Position numbers and translations under genes: made by a program
The notes under the pieces: model-generated
Database searches by the model: none
What the model was told of the DNA's origin: nothing
The model's input: the letters and a program-made list of their open reading frames with translations, nothing else
In this document: positions 11,562-25,644 of the stretch, in pieces
Numbering within the stretch: position 1 is the first letter of the stretch
How the letters are laid out: every line of letters starts with the position of its first letter
Assembly (NCBI GenBank): GCA_026770705.1
Contig: JANJGN010000021.1
Span: forward strand, 97,154,001-97,218,000
Length of the DNA stretch: 64,000 nt
Direction: 5' to 3'
DNA from: Isurus oxyrinchus
Taxonomy: Eukaryota

Positions 11562-13836
11562 TTGCATCTTTCTGTTCTTTTGCTGGAATAACAGGGAGGA
11601 ATGTTCAAAATTGCAACACCAGTTTGTAATGTGAAAGTGCAATTCATAATTTCAATGTAACACCCCACTAGTCTGTCTTTTGTTATCCAGAGTACAATCC
11701 AACCCCACATCAGATGTATCTGCCTGCCCAATTCACTGATCTCTTTCAATTACTTCCTTTATCATTGTCATTTTACTGTGGCATTGTCTCAACTATACTC
11801 TCTATCACACTGACAAAGTTGAGTTAGTTTTTCTACCGCCACTTTCCTGCCAGCTCGTTGCCCATTTGCCCCAGTGGTCCACCTGTGCTTTGAAAGCATT
11901 GGCTACACATCGATTTTGTGGGTGCATGCAGCCAGATACTGTATAAGCAGCGTCGACATCGAAAAATTCGGACCCGATTGCTATCGAAATTTTCTTACGT
12001 GTCTTGTCATTCAGTCATTGTTGGAAGTAAAATTGAAATCCTTGCGAGGAAATACAGCAGCATTCTGGCACAATCTTTGGAAATGAAATCAGACTGAACT
12101 TTGCCAGTCTAAGACTCCCAGCACTTTCCTGCTTTAATTTCAGACTTAGCGTTTGCGCTTTTGTGCCAAACATCCGCCCTACAACAGACATCATCAAAAG
12201 CACAACCTTTGGCACAGTTAACCAGCATAAGCCCCTTACATTTCAATCTCTGCGCAGCACTGATGAAGAGGCTTAGGGCCACAGATGTTAACTCTATCCT
12301 CTCTCGTAACAAATGTTGCCAGTGCAGCTCGGCATTTCTGTTATTTTCACTTTTGACTTCACATTTGCACCATTTGCATTATGTTAGCTAAACTTACCCC
12401 TTGTTTCTATCTGCACAGTAGCTGCTTGATCAGCTCGGCACTTGCAGCATTTCTGTTGGCATTGGAGACGTTGGTTTTGGGAAGCTTTGTTCCAATTCAC
12501 AGAAAATTGTTCTCTTCAAATCCAGAGAAAATTATTCTGTTCGGTTGCACTTCATTTTGTCTTGGAGTTATTCCACACCCTTTTATGATGGCACTGCCAA
12601 ACCTGGTGGACATTCAACATGTATTCCCTAATCAAGAAAGTTTTTCAAGGTGAAACTTCAACTTATGCAGCTGTTAATGTCACTTTAAATTACACGCAAA
12701 CCGATGGCGCTACCAGTTGTTGCATAAAACCTCCGATTTCTTCTCCTCCACATGTTGTTTGGTCTCATCGTGGTGACAGGGGAGCAGATCTTTTCAATTA
12801 GTGTGCAAGAACTTGATTTCTATGACAATGTGCAACGATTGTTACTATGGCCTGTGAAGAATCTGTTGAAGGAGCATGATGTTATACTAGGTGCCCAGAA
12901 GTGGAGAAAAAGTACTATATTCAAGGTTCTGCCCTTTTGTAACTCCAATGTGGGAACAACGGACAAGAAGTCATCTTCCAAAAAAATATGTATATATATA
13001 TTTCACTTTAGAAACTGCAATGCACTTTTGTTCCATTTTGCGTAATCGAATGAGCTGCTTTGTAAAGCTATTTCCCTGAAACTGGCAGTAAAGAAGAATC
13101 AATGGGGAGCAGACTTGCACAAACACGAAGTACATGTCGGAATCTCATATGCATTCAACAAATTGACGTTCCAGAGAGCCGGGAGGAGAGCTCTGTAGTT
13201 AGTAAATCAGTTGAAGTGGGCTATCTTTCTTGCCAACCAAAGCAATCTTCAATGTGAGAGCCTATTGGCCTGGAGGGTGCGCTTCCATAACTTTTTACTT
13301 CATATCAGGGATAGGTCCTACGCTGAATCCTGGTAAAACATTGTTTTGCTTTGTGGCAGCAGCAACATCCGTTCTCAGGTAATTTCATAACCCTGATGCA
13401 TTAGTTCAGTTTTCATATCGAAATCTGCTGTTAGACTTCCTGCACACCTGTAACATTTACACTTTCCATTCCTGCTTTACAGCATGTGCAGTGTTTTCGT
13501 TTTGCGAGCATGAAGCTGGAGGATATGTTACAATCATATTTTAGAAATGCCGACTCTAATTCGGACTGGTGGACTTTGCACAGCTGTATTATTAACTAAA
13601 TGGAGATTGCCAAGCACCACGAAGACAAACTTTCGGAATATGTTTTCGTTTCCTTCTTTCAATGCAATGTCTGGAATTTGTGGCCAAAGAACAGGAAATT
13701 TTGGAAGCTTGGATGCTCAATTCACTTTTCTGCGTGAGGCTTGCCGTGCGATCGAGCACATTTTTCGAAGTTTTTGGTTGTGAAAATGTGCTACCAGCCT
13801 GCAGCTTGGCAGTCGATGCCAGCAGCGACGGGTGAC

Positions 13837-13908
13837 GCCGTGATCGTATAGTGGTTAGTACTCTGCATTGTGGCCGCAGTAACCTCGGTTCGAATCCGAG
13901 TCACGGCA
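13837..13908 (+). tRNA. tRNA-His-GTG: tRNA-His(GTG) copy 6, variant G31A (anticodon-stem mismatch)
   Basis: CTGCATTGTGGCCGCAG. Confidence 0.9.
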
Positions 13909-16183
13909 TTGCATCTTTCTGTTCTTTTGCTGGAATAACAGGGAGGAATGTTCAAAATTGCAACACCAGTTTGTAATGTGAAAGTGCAATTCATAATTTC
14001 AATGTAACACCCCACTAGTCTGTCTTTTGTTATCCAGAGTACAATCCAACCCCACATCAGATGTATCTGCCTGCCCAATTCACTGATCTCTTTCAATTAC
14101 TTCCTTTATCATTGTCATTTTACTGTGGCATTGTCTCAACTATACTCTCTATCACACTGACAAAGTTGAGTTAGTTTTTCTACCGCCACTTTCCTGCCAG
14201 CTCGTTGCCCAGTTACCCCAGTGGTCCACCTGTGCTTTGAAAGCATTGTATACACATCGATTTTGTGGGTGCATGCAGCCAGATACTGTATAAGCAGCGT
14301 CGACATCGAAAAATTCGGACCCGATTGCTATCGAAATTTTCTTACGTGTCTTGTCATTCAGTCATTGTTGGAAGTAAAATTGAAATCCTTGCGAGGAAAT
14401 ACAGCAGCATTCTGGCACAATCTTTGGAAATGAAATCAGACTGAACTTTGCCAGTCTAAGACTCCCAGCACTTTCCTGCTTTAATTTCAGACTTAGCGTT
14501 TGCGCTTTTGTGCCAAACATCCGCCCTACAACAGACATCATCAAAAGCACAACCTTTGGCACAGTTAACCAGCATAAGCCCCTTACATTTCAATCTCTGC
14601 GCAGCACTGATGAAGAGGCTTAGGGCCACAGATGTTAACTCTATCCTCTCTCGTAACAAATGTTGCCAGTGCAGCTCGGCATTTCTGTTATTTTCACTTT
14701 TGACTTCACATTTGCACCATTTGCATTATGTTAGCTAAACTTACCCCTTGTTTCTATCTGCACAGTAGCTGCTTGATCAGCTCGGCACTTGCAGCATTTC
14801 TGTTGGCATTGGAGACGTTGGTTTTGGGAAGCTTTGTTCCAATTCACAGAAAATTGTTCTCTTCAAATCCAGAGAAAATTATTCTGTTCGGTTGCACTTC
14901 ATTTTGTCTTGGAGTTATTCCACACCCTTTTATGATGGCACTGCCAAACCTGGTGGACATTCAACATGTATTCCCTAATCAAGAAAGTTTTTCAAGGTGA
15001 AACTTCAACTTATGCAGCTGTTAATGTCACTTTAAATTACACGCAAACCGATGGCGCTACCAGTTGTTGCATAAAACCTCCGATTTCTTCTCCTCCACGT
15101 GTTGTTTGGTCTCATCGTGGTGACAGGGGAGCAGATCTTTTCAATTAGTGTGCAAGAACTTGATTTCTATGACAATGTGCAACGATTGTTACTATGGCCA
15201 GTGAAGAAACTGTTGAAGGAGCATGATGTTATACTAGGTGCCCAGAAGTGGCGAAAAAGTACTATATTCAAGGTTGTGCCCTTTTGTAACTCCAATGTGG
15301 GAACAACGGACAAGAAGTCATCTTCCAAAAAAATATGTATATATATATTTCACTTTAGAAACTGCAATGCACTTTTGTTCCATTTTGCGTAATCGAATGA
15401 GCTGCTTTGTAAAGCTATTTCCCTGAAACTGGCAGTAAAGAAGAATCAATGGGGAGCAGACTTGCACAAACACGAAGCACATGTCGGAATCTCATATGCA
15501 TTCAACAAATTGACGTTCCAGAGAGCCGGGAGGAGAGCTCTGTAGTTAGTAAATCAGTTGAAGTGGGCTATCTTTCTTGCCAACCAAAGCAATCTTCAAT
15601 GTGAGAGCCTATTGGCCTGGAGGGTGCGCTTCCATAACTTTTTACTTCATATCAGGGATAGGTCCTACGCTGAATCCTGGTAAAACATTGTTTTGCTTTG
15701 TGGCAGCAGCAACATCCGTTCTCAGGTAATTTCATAACCCTGATGCATTAGTTCAGTTTTCATATCGAAATCTGCTGTTAGACTTCCTGCACACCTGTAA
15801 CATTTACACTTTCCATTCCTGCTTTACAGCATGTGCAGTGTTTTCGTTTTGTGAGCATGAAGCTGGAGGATATCTTACAATCATATTTTAGAAATGCCGA
15901 CTCTAATTCGGACTGCTGGACTTTGAACAGCTGTATTATTAACTAAATGGAGACTGCCAAGTACCACGAAGACAAACTTTCGGAATATGTTTTCGTTTCC
16001 TTCTTTCAATGCAATGTCTGGAATTTGTGGCCAAAGAACAGGAAATTTTGGAAGCTTGGATGCTCAATTCACTTTTCTGCGTGAGGCTTGCCGTGCGATC
16101 GAGCACATTTTTCGAAGTTTTTGGTTGAGAAAATGTGCTACCAGCCTGCAGCTTGGCGGTCCATGCCAGCAGCGACGGGTGGC

Positions 16184-16255
16184 GCCGTGATCGTATAGTG
16201 GTTAGTACTCTGCGTTGTGGCCGCAGTAACCTCGGTTCGAATCCGAGTCACGGCA
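16184..16255 (+). tRNA. tRNA-His-GTG: tRNA-His(GTG) copy 7, intact
   Basis: Identical to copy 1. Confidence 0.97.
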
Positions 16256-18530
16256 TTGCATCTTTCTGTTCTTTTGCTGGAATAACAGGGAGGAATGTTC
16301 AAAATTGCAACACCAGTTTGTAATGTGAAAGTGCAATTCATAATTTCAATGTAACACCCCACTAGTCTGTCTTTTGTTATCCAGAGTACAATCCAACCCC
16401 ACATCAGATGTATCTGCCTGCCCAATTCACTGATCTCTTTCAATTACTTCCTTTATCATTGTCATTTTACTGTGGCATTGTCTCAACTATACTCTCTATC
16501 ACACTGACAAAGTTGAGTTAGTTTTTCTACCGCCACTTTCCTGCCAGCTCGTTGCCCATTTGCCCCAGTGGTCCACCTGTGCTTTGAAAGCATTGGCTAC
16601 ACATCGATTTTGTGGGTGCATGCAGCCAGATACTGTATAAGCAGCGTCGACATCGAAAAATTCGGACCCGATTGCTATCGAAATTTTCTTACGTGTCTTG
16701 TCATTCAGTCATTGTTGGAAGTAAAATTGAAATCCTTGCGAGGAAATACAGCAGCATTCTGGCACAATCTTTGGAAATGAAATCAGACTGAACTTTGCCA
16801 GTCTAAAACTCCCAGCACTTTCCTGCTTTAATTTCAGACTTAGCGTTTGCGCTTTTGTGCCAAACATCCGCCCTACAACAGACATCATCAAAAGCACAAC
16901 CTTTGGCACAGTTAACCAGCATAGGCCCCTTACATTTCAATCTCTGCGCAGCACTGATGAAGAGGCTTAGGGCCACAGATGTTAACTCTATCCTCTCTCG
17001 TAACAAATGTTGCCAGTGCAGCTCGGCATTTCTGTTATTTTCACTTTTGACTTCACATTTGCACCATTTGCATTATGTTAGCTAAACTTACCCCTTGTTT
17101 CTATCTGCACAGTAGCTGCTTGATCAGCTCGGCACTTGCAGCATTTCTGTTGGCATTGGAGACGTTGGTTTTGGGAAGCTTTGTTCCAATTCACAGAAAA
17201 TTGTTCTCTTCAAATCCAGAGAAAATTATTCTGTTCGGTTGCACTTCATTTTGTCTTGGAGTTATTCCACACCCTTTTATGATGGCACTGCCAAACCTGG
17301 TGGACATTCAACATGTATTCCCTAATCAAGAAAGTTTTTCAAGGTGAAACTTCAACTTATGCAGCTGTTAATGTCACTTTAAATTACACGCAAACCGATG
17401 GCGCTACCAGTTGTTGCATAAAACCTCCGATTTCTTCTCCTCCACGTGTTGTTTGGTCTCATCGTGGTGACAGGGGAGCAGATCTTTTCAATTAGTGTGC
17501 AAGAACTTGATTTCTATGACAATGTGCAACGATTGTTACTATGGCCAGTGAAGAAACTGTTGAAAGAGCATGATGTTATACTAGGTGCCCAGAAGTGGCG
17601 AAAAAGTACTATATTCAAGGTTGTGCCCTTTTGTAACTCCAATGTGGGAACAACGGACAAGAAGTCATCTTCCAAAAAAATATGTATATATATATTTCAC
17701 TTTAGAAACTGCAATGCACTTTTGTTCCATTTTGCGTAATCGAATGAGCTGCTTTGTAAAGCTATTTCCCTGAAACTGGCAGTAAAGAAGAATCAATGGG
17801 GAGCAGACTTGCACAAACACGAAGTACATGTCGGAATCTCATATGCATTCAACAAATTGACGTTCCAGAGAGCCGGGAGGAGAGCTCTGTAGTTAGTAAA
17901 TCAGTTGAAGTGGGCTATCTTTCTTGCCAACCAAAGCAATCTTCAATGTGAGAGCCTATTGGCCTGGAGGGTGCGCTTCCATAACTTTTTACTTCATATC
18001 AGGGATAGGTCCTACGCTGAATCCTGGTAAAACATTGTTTTGCTTTGTGGCAGCAGCAACATCCGTTCTCAGGTAATTTCATAACCCTGATGCATTAGTT
18101 CAGTTTTCATATCGAAATCTGCTGTTAGACTTCCTGCACACCTGTAACATTTACACTTTCCATTCCTGCTTTACAGCATGTGCAGTGTTTTCGTTTTGTG
18201 AGCATGAAGCTGGAGGATATCTTACAATCATATTTTAGAAATGCCGACTCTAATTCGGACTGCTGGACTTTGAACAGCTGTATTATTAACTAAATGGAGA
18301 CTGCCAAGTACCACGAAGACAAACTTTCGGAATATGTTTTCGTTTCCTTCTTTCAATGCAATGTCTGGAATTTGTGGCCAAAGAACAGGAAATTTTGGAA
18401 GCTTGGATGCTCAATTCACTTTTCTGCGTGAGGCTTGCCGTGCGATCGAGCACATTTTTCGAAGTTTTTGGTTGTGAAAATGTGCTACCAGCCTGCATCT
18501 TGGCGGTCCATGCCAGCAGCGACGGGTGGC

Positions 18531-18602
18531 GCCGTGATCGTATAGTGGTTAGTACTCTGCGTTGTGGCCGCAGTAACCTCGGTTCGAATCCGAGTCACGG
18601 CA
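18531..18602 (+). tRNA. tRNA-His-GTG: tRNA-His(GTG) copy 8, intact
   Basis: Identical to copy 1. Confidence 0.97.
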
Positions 18603-20877
18603 TTGCATCTTTCTGTTCTTTTGCTGGAATAACAGGGAGGAATGTTCAAAATTGCAACACCAGTTTGTAATGTGAAAGTGCAATTCATAATTTCAATGTA
18701 ACACCCCACTAGTCTGTCTTTTGTTATCCAGAGTACAATCCAACCCCACATCAGATGTATCTGCCTGCCCAATTCACTGATCTCTTTCAATTACTTCCTT
18801 TATCATTGTCATTTTACTGTGGCATTGTCTCAACTATACTCTCTATCACACTGACAAAGTTGAGTTAGTTTTTCTACCGCCACTTTCCTGCCAGCTCGTT
18901 GCCCATTTGCCCCAGTGGTCCACCTGTGCTTTGAAAGCATTGGCTACACATCGATTTTGTGGGTGCATGCAGCCAGATACTGTATAAGCAGCGTCGACAT
19001 CGAAAAATTCGGACCCGATTGCTATCGAAATTTTCTTACGTGTCTTGTCATTCAGTCATTGTTGGAAGTAAAATTGAAATCCTTGCGAGGAAATACAGCA
19101 GCATTCTGGCACAATCTTTGGAAATGAAATCAGACTGAACTTTGCCAGTCTAAGACTCCCAGCACTTTCCTGCTTTAATTTCAGACTTAGCGTTTGCGCT
19201 TTTGTGCCAAACATCCGCCCTACAACAGACATCATCAAAAGCACAACCTTTGGCACAGTTAACCAGCATAAGCCCCTTACATTTCAATCTCTGCGCAGCA
19301 CTGATGAAGAGGCTTAGGGCCACAGATGTTAACTCTATCCTCTCTCGTAACAAATGTTGCCAGTGCAGCTCGGCATTTCTGTTATTTTCACTTTTGACTT
19401 CACATTTGCACCATTTGCATTATGTTAGCTAAACTTACCCCTTGTTTCTATCTGCACAGTAGCTGCTTGATCAGCTCGGCACTTGCAGCATTTCTGTTGG
19501 CATTGGAGACGTTGGTTTTGGGAAGCTTTGTTCCAATTCACAGAAAATTGTTCTCTTCAAATCCAGAGAAAATTATTCTGTTCGGTTGCACTTCATTTTG
19601 TCTTGGAGTTATTCCACACCCTTTTATGATGGCACTGCCAAACCTGGTGGACATTCAACATGTATTCCCTAATCAAGAAAGTTTTTCAAGGTGAAACTTC
19701 AACTTATGCAGCTGTTAATGTCACTTTAAATTACACGCAAACCGATGGCGCTACCAGTTGTTGCATAAAACCTCCGATTTCTTCTACTCCACGTGTTGTT
19801 TGGTCTCATCGTGGTGACAGGGGAGCAGATCTTTTCAATTAGTGTGCAAGAACTTGATTTCTATGACAATGTGCAACGATTGTTACTATGGCCTGTGAAG
19901 AATCTGTTGAAGGAGCATGATGTTATACTAGGTGCCCAGAAGTGGAGAAAAAGTACTATATTCAAGGTTGTGCCCTTTTGTAACTCCAATGTGGGAACAA
20001 CGGACAAGAAGTCATCTTCCAAAAAAATATGTATATATATATTTCACTTTAGAAACTGCAATGCACTTTTGTTCCATTTTGCGTAATCGAATGAGCTGCT
20101 TTGTAAAGCTATTTCCCTGAAACTGGCAGTAAAGAAGAATCAATGGGGAGCAGACTTGCACAAACACGAAGTACATGTCGGAATCTCATATGCATTCAAC
20201 AAATTGACGTTCCAGAGAGCCGGGAGGAGAGCTCTGTAGTTAGTAAATCAGTTGAAGTGGGCTATCTTTCTTGCCAACCAAAGCAATCTTCAATGTGAGA
20301 GCCTATTGGCCTGGAGGGTGCGCTTCCATAACTTTTTACTTCATATCAGGGATAGGTCCTACGCTGAATCCTGGTAAAACATTGTTTTGCTTTGTGGCAG
20401 CAGCAACATCCGTTCTCAGGTAATTTCATAACCCTGATGCATTAGTTCAGTTTTCATATCGAAATCTGCTGTTAGACTTCCTGCACACCTGTAACATTTA
20501 CACTTTCCATTCCTGCTTTACAGCATGTGCAGTGTTTTCGTTTTGCGAGCATGAAGCTGGAGGATATGTTACAATCATATTTTAGAAATGCCGACTCTAA
20601 TTCGAACTGGTGGACTTTGCACAGCTGTATTATTAACTAAATGGAGATTGCCAAGCACCACGAAGACAAACTTTCGGAATATGTTTTCGTTTCCTTCTTT
20701 CAATGCAATGTCTGGAATTTGTGGCCAAAGAACAGGAAATTTTGGAAGCTTGGATGCTCAATTCACTTTTCTGCGTGAGGCTTGCCGTGCGATCGAGCAC
20801 ATTTTTCGAAGTTTTTGGTTGTGAAAATGTGCTACCAGCCTGCAGCTTGGCAGTCGATGCCAGCAGCGACGGGTGGC

Positions 20878-20949
20878 GCCGTGATCGTATAGTGGTTAGT
20901 ACTCTGCGTTGTGGCCGCAGTAACCTCGGTTCGAATCCGAGTCACGGCA
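20878..20949 (+). tRNA. tRNA-His-GTG: tRNA-His(GTG) copy 9, intact
   Basis: Identical to copy 1. Confidence 0.97.
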
Positions 20950-23225
20950 TTGCATCTTTCTGTTCTTTTGCTGGAATAACAGGGAGGAATGTTCAAAATT
21001 GCAACACCAGTTTGTAATGTGAAAGTGCAATTCATAATTTCAATGTAACACCCCACTAGTCTGTCTTTTGTTATCCAGAGTACAATCCAACCCCACATCA
21101 GATGTATCTGCCTGCCCAATTCACTGATCTCTTTCAATTACTTCCTTTATCATTGTCATTTTACTGTGGCATTGTCTCAACTATACTCTCTATCACACTG
21201 ACAAAGTTGAGTTAGTTTTTCTACCGCCACTTTCCTGCCAGCTCGTTGCCCATTTACCCCAGTGGTCCACCTGTGCTTTGAAAGCATTGGCTACACATCG
21301 ATTTTGTGGGTGCATGCAGCCAGATACTGTATAAGCAGCGTCGACATCGAAAAATTCGGACCCGATTGCTATCGAAATTTTCTTACGTGTCTTGTCATTC
21401 AGTCATTGTTGGAAGTAAAATTGAAATCCTTGCGAGGAAATACAGCAGCATTCTGGCACAATCTTTGGAAATGAAATCAGACTGAACTTTGCCAGTCTAA
21501 GATTCCCAGCACTTTCCTGCTTTAATTTCAGACTTAGCGTTTGCGCTTTTGTGCCAAACATCCGCCCTACAACAGACATCATCAAAAGCACAACCTTTGG
21601 CACAGTTAACCAGCATAAGCCCCTTACATTTCAATCTCTGCGCAGCACTGATGAAGAGGCTTAGGGCCACAGATGTTAACTCTATCCTCTCTCGTAACAA
21701 ATGTTGCCAGTGCAGCTCGGCATTTCTGTTATTTTCACTTTTGACTTCACATTTGCACCATTTGCATTATGTTAGCTAAACTTACCCCTTGTTTCTATCT
21801 GCACAGTAGCTGCTTGATCAGCTCGGCACTTGCAGCATTTCTGTTGGCATTGGAGACGTTGGTTTTGGGAAGCTTTGTTCCAATTCACAGAAAATTGTTC
21901 TCTTCAAATCCAGAGAAAATTATTCTGTTCGGTTGCACTTCATTTTGTCTTGGAGTTATTCCACACCCTTTTATGATGGCACTGCCAAACCTGGTGGACA
22001 TTCAACATGTATTCCCTAATCAAGAAAGTTTTTCAAGGTGAAACTTCAACTTATGCAGCTGTTAATGTCACTTTAAATTACACGCAAACCGATGGCGCTA
22101 CCAGTTGTTGCATAAAACCTCCGATTTCTTCTCCTCCACGTGTTGTTTGGTCTCATCGTGGTGACAGGGGAGCAGATCTTTTCAATTAGTGTGCAAGAAC
22201 TTGATTTCTATGACAATGTGCAACGATTGTTACTATGGCCTGTGAAGAAACTGTTGAAAGAGCATGATGTTATACTAGGTGCCCAGAAGTGGCGAAAAAG
22301 TACTATATTCAAGGTTGTGCCCTTTTGTAACTCCAATGTGGGAACAACGGACAAGAAGTCATCTTCCAAAAAAAATATGTATATATATATTTCACTTTAG
22401 AAACTGCAATGCACTTTTGTTCCATTTTGCGTAATTGAATGAGCTGCTTTGTAAAGCTATTTCCCTGAAACTGGCAGTAAAGAAGAATCAATGGGGAGCA
22501 GACTTGCACAAACACGAAGTACATGTCGGAATCTCATATGCATTCAACAAATTGACGTTCCAGAGAGCCGGGAGGAGAGCTCTGTAGTTAGTAAATCAGT
22601 TGAAGTGGGCTATCTTTCTTGCCAACCAAAGCAATCTTCAATGTGAGAGCCTATTGTCCTGGAGGGTGCGCTTCCATAACTTTTTACTTCATATCAGGGA
22701 TAGGTCCTACGCTGAATCCTGGTAAAACATTGTTTTGCTTTGTGGCAGCAGCAACATCCGTTCTCAGGTAATTTCATAACCCTGATGCATTAGTTCAGTT
22801 TTCATATCGAAATCTGCTGTTAGACTTCCTGCACACCTGTAACATTTACACTTTCCATTCCTGCTTTACAGCATGTGCAGTGTTTTCGTTTTGTGAGCAT
22901 GAAGCTGGAGGATATCTTACAATCATATTTTAGAAATGCCGACTCTAATTCGGACTGGTGGACTTTGAACAGCTGTATTATTAACTAAATGGAGATTGCC
23001 AAGCACCACGAAGACAAACTTTCGGAATATGTTTTCGTTTCCTTCTTTCAATGCAATGTCTGGAATTTGTGGCCAAAGAACAGGAAATTTTGGAAGCTTG
23101 GATGCTCAATTCACTTTTCTGCGTGAGGCTTGCCGTGCGATCGAGCACATTTTTCGAAGTTTTTGGTTGTGAAAATGTGCTACCAGCCTGCAGCTTGGCG
23201 GTCCATGCCAGCAGCGACGGGTGGT

Positions 23226-23297
23226 GTCGTGATCGTATAGTGGTTAGTACTCTGCGTTGTGGCCGCAGTAACCTCGGTTCGAATCCGAGTCAAGGCA
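23226..23297 (+). tRNA. tRNA-His-GTG: tRNA-His(GTG) copy 10, acceptor-stem variant (C2T, C69A)
   Basis: GTCGTGA...TCAAGGCA. Confidence 0.88.
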
Positions 23298-25572
23298 TTG
23301 CATCTTTCTGTTCTTTTGCTGGAATAACAGGGAGGAATGTTCAAAATTGCAACACCAGTTTGTAATGTGAAAGTGCAATTCATAATTTCAATGTAACACC
23401 CCACTAGTCTGTCTTTTGTTATCCAGAGTACAATCCAACCCCACATCAGATGTATCTGCCTGCCCAATTCACTGATCTCTTTCAATTACTTCCTTTATCA
23501 TTGTCATTTTACTGTGGCATTGTCTCAACTATACTCTCTATCACACTGACAAAGTTGAGTTAGTTTTTCTACCGCCACTTTCCTGCCAGCTCGTTGCCCA
23601 TTTGCCCCAGTGGTCCACCTGTGCTTTGAAAGCATTGGCTACACATCGATTTTGTGGGTGCATGCAGCCAGATACTGTATAAGCAGCGTCGACATCGAAA
23701 AATTCGGACCCGATTGCTATCGAAATTTTCTTACGTGTCTTGTCATTCAGTCATTGTTGGAAGTAAAATTGAAATCCTTGCGAGGAAATACAGCAGCATT
23801 CTGGCACAATCTTTGGAAATGAAATCAGACTGAACTTTGCCAGTCTAAGACTCCCAGCACTTTCCTGCTTTAATTTCAGACTTAGCGTTTGCGCTTTTGT
23901 GCCAAACATCCGCCCTACAACAGACATCATCAAAAGCACAACCTTTGGCACAGTTAACCAGCATAAGCCCCTTACATTTCAATCTCTGCGCAGCACTGAT
24001 GAAGAGGCTTAGGGCCACAGATGTTAACTCTATCCTCTCTCGTAACAAATGTTGCCAGTGCAGCTCGGCATTTCTGTTATTTTCACTTTTGACTTCACAT
24101 TTGCACCATTTGCATTATGTTAGCTAAACTTACCCCTTGTTTCTATCTGCACAGTAGCTGCTTGATCAGCTCGGCACTTGCAGCATTTCTGTTGGCATTG
24201 GAGACGTTGGTTTTGGGAAGCTTTGTTCCAATTCACAGAAAATTGTTCTCTTCAAATCCAGAGAAAATTATTCTGTTCGGTTGCACTTCATTTTGTCTTG
24301 GAGTTATTCCACACCCTTTTATGATGGCACTGCCAAACCTGGTGGACATTCAACATGTATTCCCTAATCAAGAAAGTTTTTCAAGGTGAAACTTCAACTT
24401 ATGCAGCTGTTAATGTCACTTTAAATTACACGCAAACCGATGGCGCTACCAGTTGTTGCATAAAACCTCCGATTTCTTCTCCTCCACGTGTTGTTTGGTC
24501 TCATCGTGGTGACAGGGGAGCAGATCTTTTCAATTAGTGTGCAAGAACTTGATTTCTATGACAATGTGCAACGATTGTTACTATGGCCTGTGACGAAACT
24601 GTTGAAGGAGCATGATGTTATACTAGGTGCCCAGAAGTGGCGAAAAAGTACTATATTCAAGGTTCTGCCCTTTTCTAACTCCAATATGGGAACAACGGAC
24701 AAGAAGTCATCTTCCAAAAAAATATGTATATATATATTTCACTTTAGAAACTGCAATGCACTTTTGTTCCATTTTGCGTAATCGAATGAGCTGCTTTGTA
24801 AAGCTATTTCCCTGAAACTGGCAGTAAAGAAGAATCAATGGGGAGCAGACTTGCACAAACACGAAGTACATGTCGGAATCTCATATGCATTCAACAAATT
24901 GACGTTCCAGAGAGCCGGGAGGAGAGCTCTGTAGTTAGTAAATCAGTTGAAGTGGGTTATCTTTCTTGCCAACCAAAGCAATCTTCAATGTGAGAGCCTA
25001 TTGGCCTGGAGGTTGCGCTTCCATAACTTTTTACTTCATATCAGGGATAGGTCCTACGCTGAATCCTGGTAAAACATTGTTTTGCTTTGTGGCAGCAGCA
25101 ACATCCGTTCTCAGGTAATTTCATAACCCTGATGCATTAGTTCAGTTTTCATATCGAAATCTGCTGTTAGACTTCCTGCACACCTGTAACATTTACACTT
25201 TCCATTCCTGCTTTACAGCATGTGCAGTGTTTTCGTTTTGTGAGCATGAAGCTGGAGGATATCTTACAATCATATTTTAGAAATGCCGACTCTAATTCGG
25301 ACTGGTGGACTTTGAACAGCTGTATTATTAACTAAATGGAGACTGCCAAGCACCACGAAGACAAACTTTCGGAATATGTTTTCGTTTCCTTCTTTCAATG
25401 CAATGTCTGGAATTTGTGGCCAAAGAACAGGAAATTTTGGAAGCTTGGATGCTCAATTCACTTTTCTGCGTGAGGCTTGCCGTGCGATCGAGCACATTTT
25501 TCGAAGTTTTTGGTGGTGAAAATGTGCTACCAGCCTGCAGCTTGGCGGTCCAGGCCAGCAGCGACGGGTGGC

Positions 25573-25644
25573 GCCGTGATCGTATAGTGGTTAGTACTCT
25601 GCGTTGTGGCCGCAGTACCCTCGGCTCGAATCCGAGTCATGGCA
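25573..25644 (+). tRNA. tRNA-His-GTG: tRNA-His(GTG) copy 11, B-box variant (T54C, A46C, C69T); possibly inactive
   Basis: GCAGTACCCTCGGCTCGAATCCGAGTCATGGCA. Confidence 0.85.
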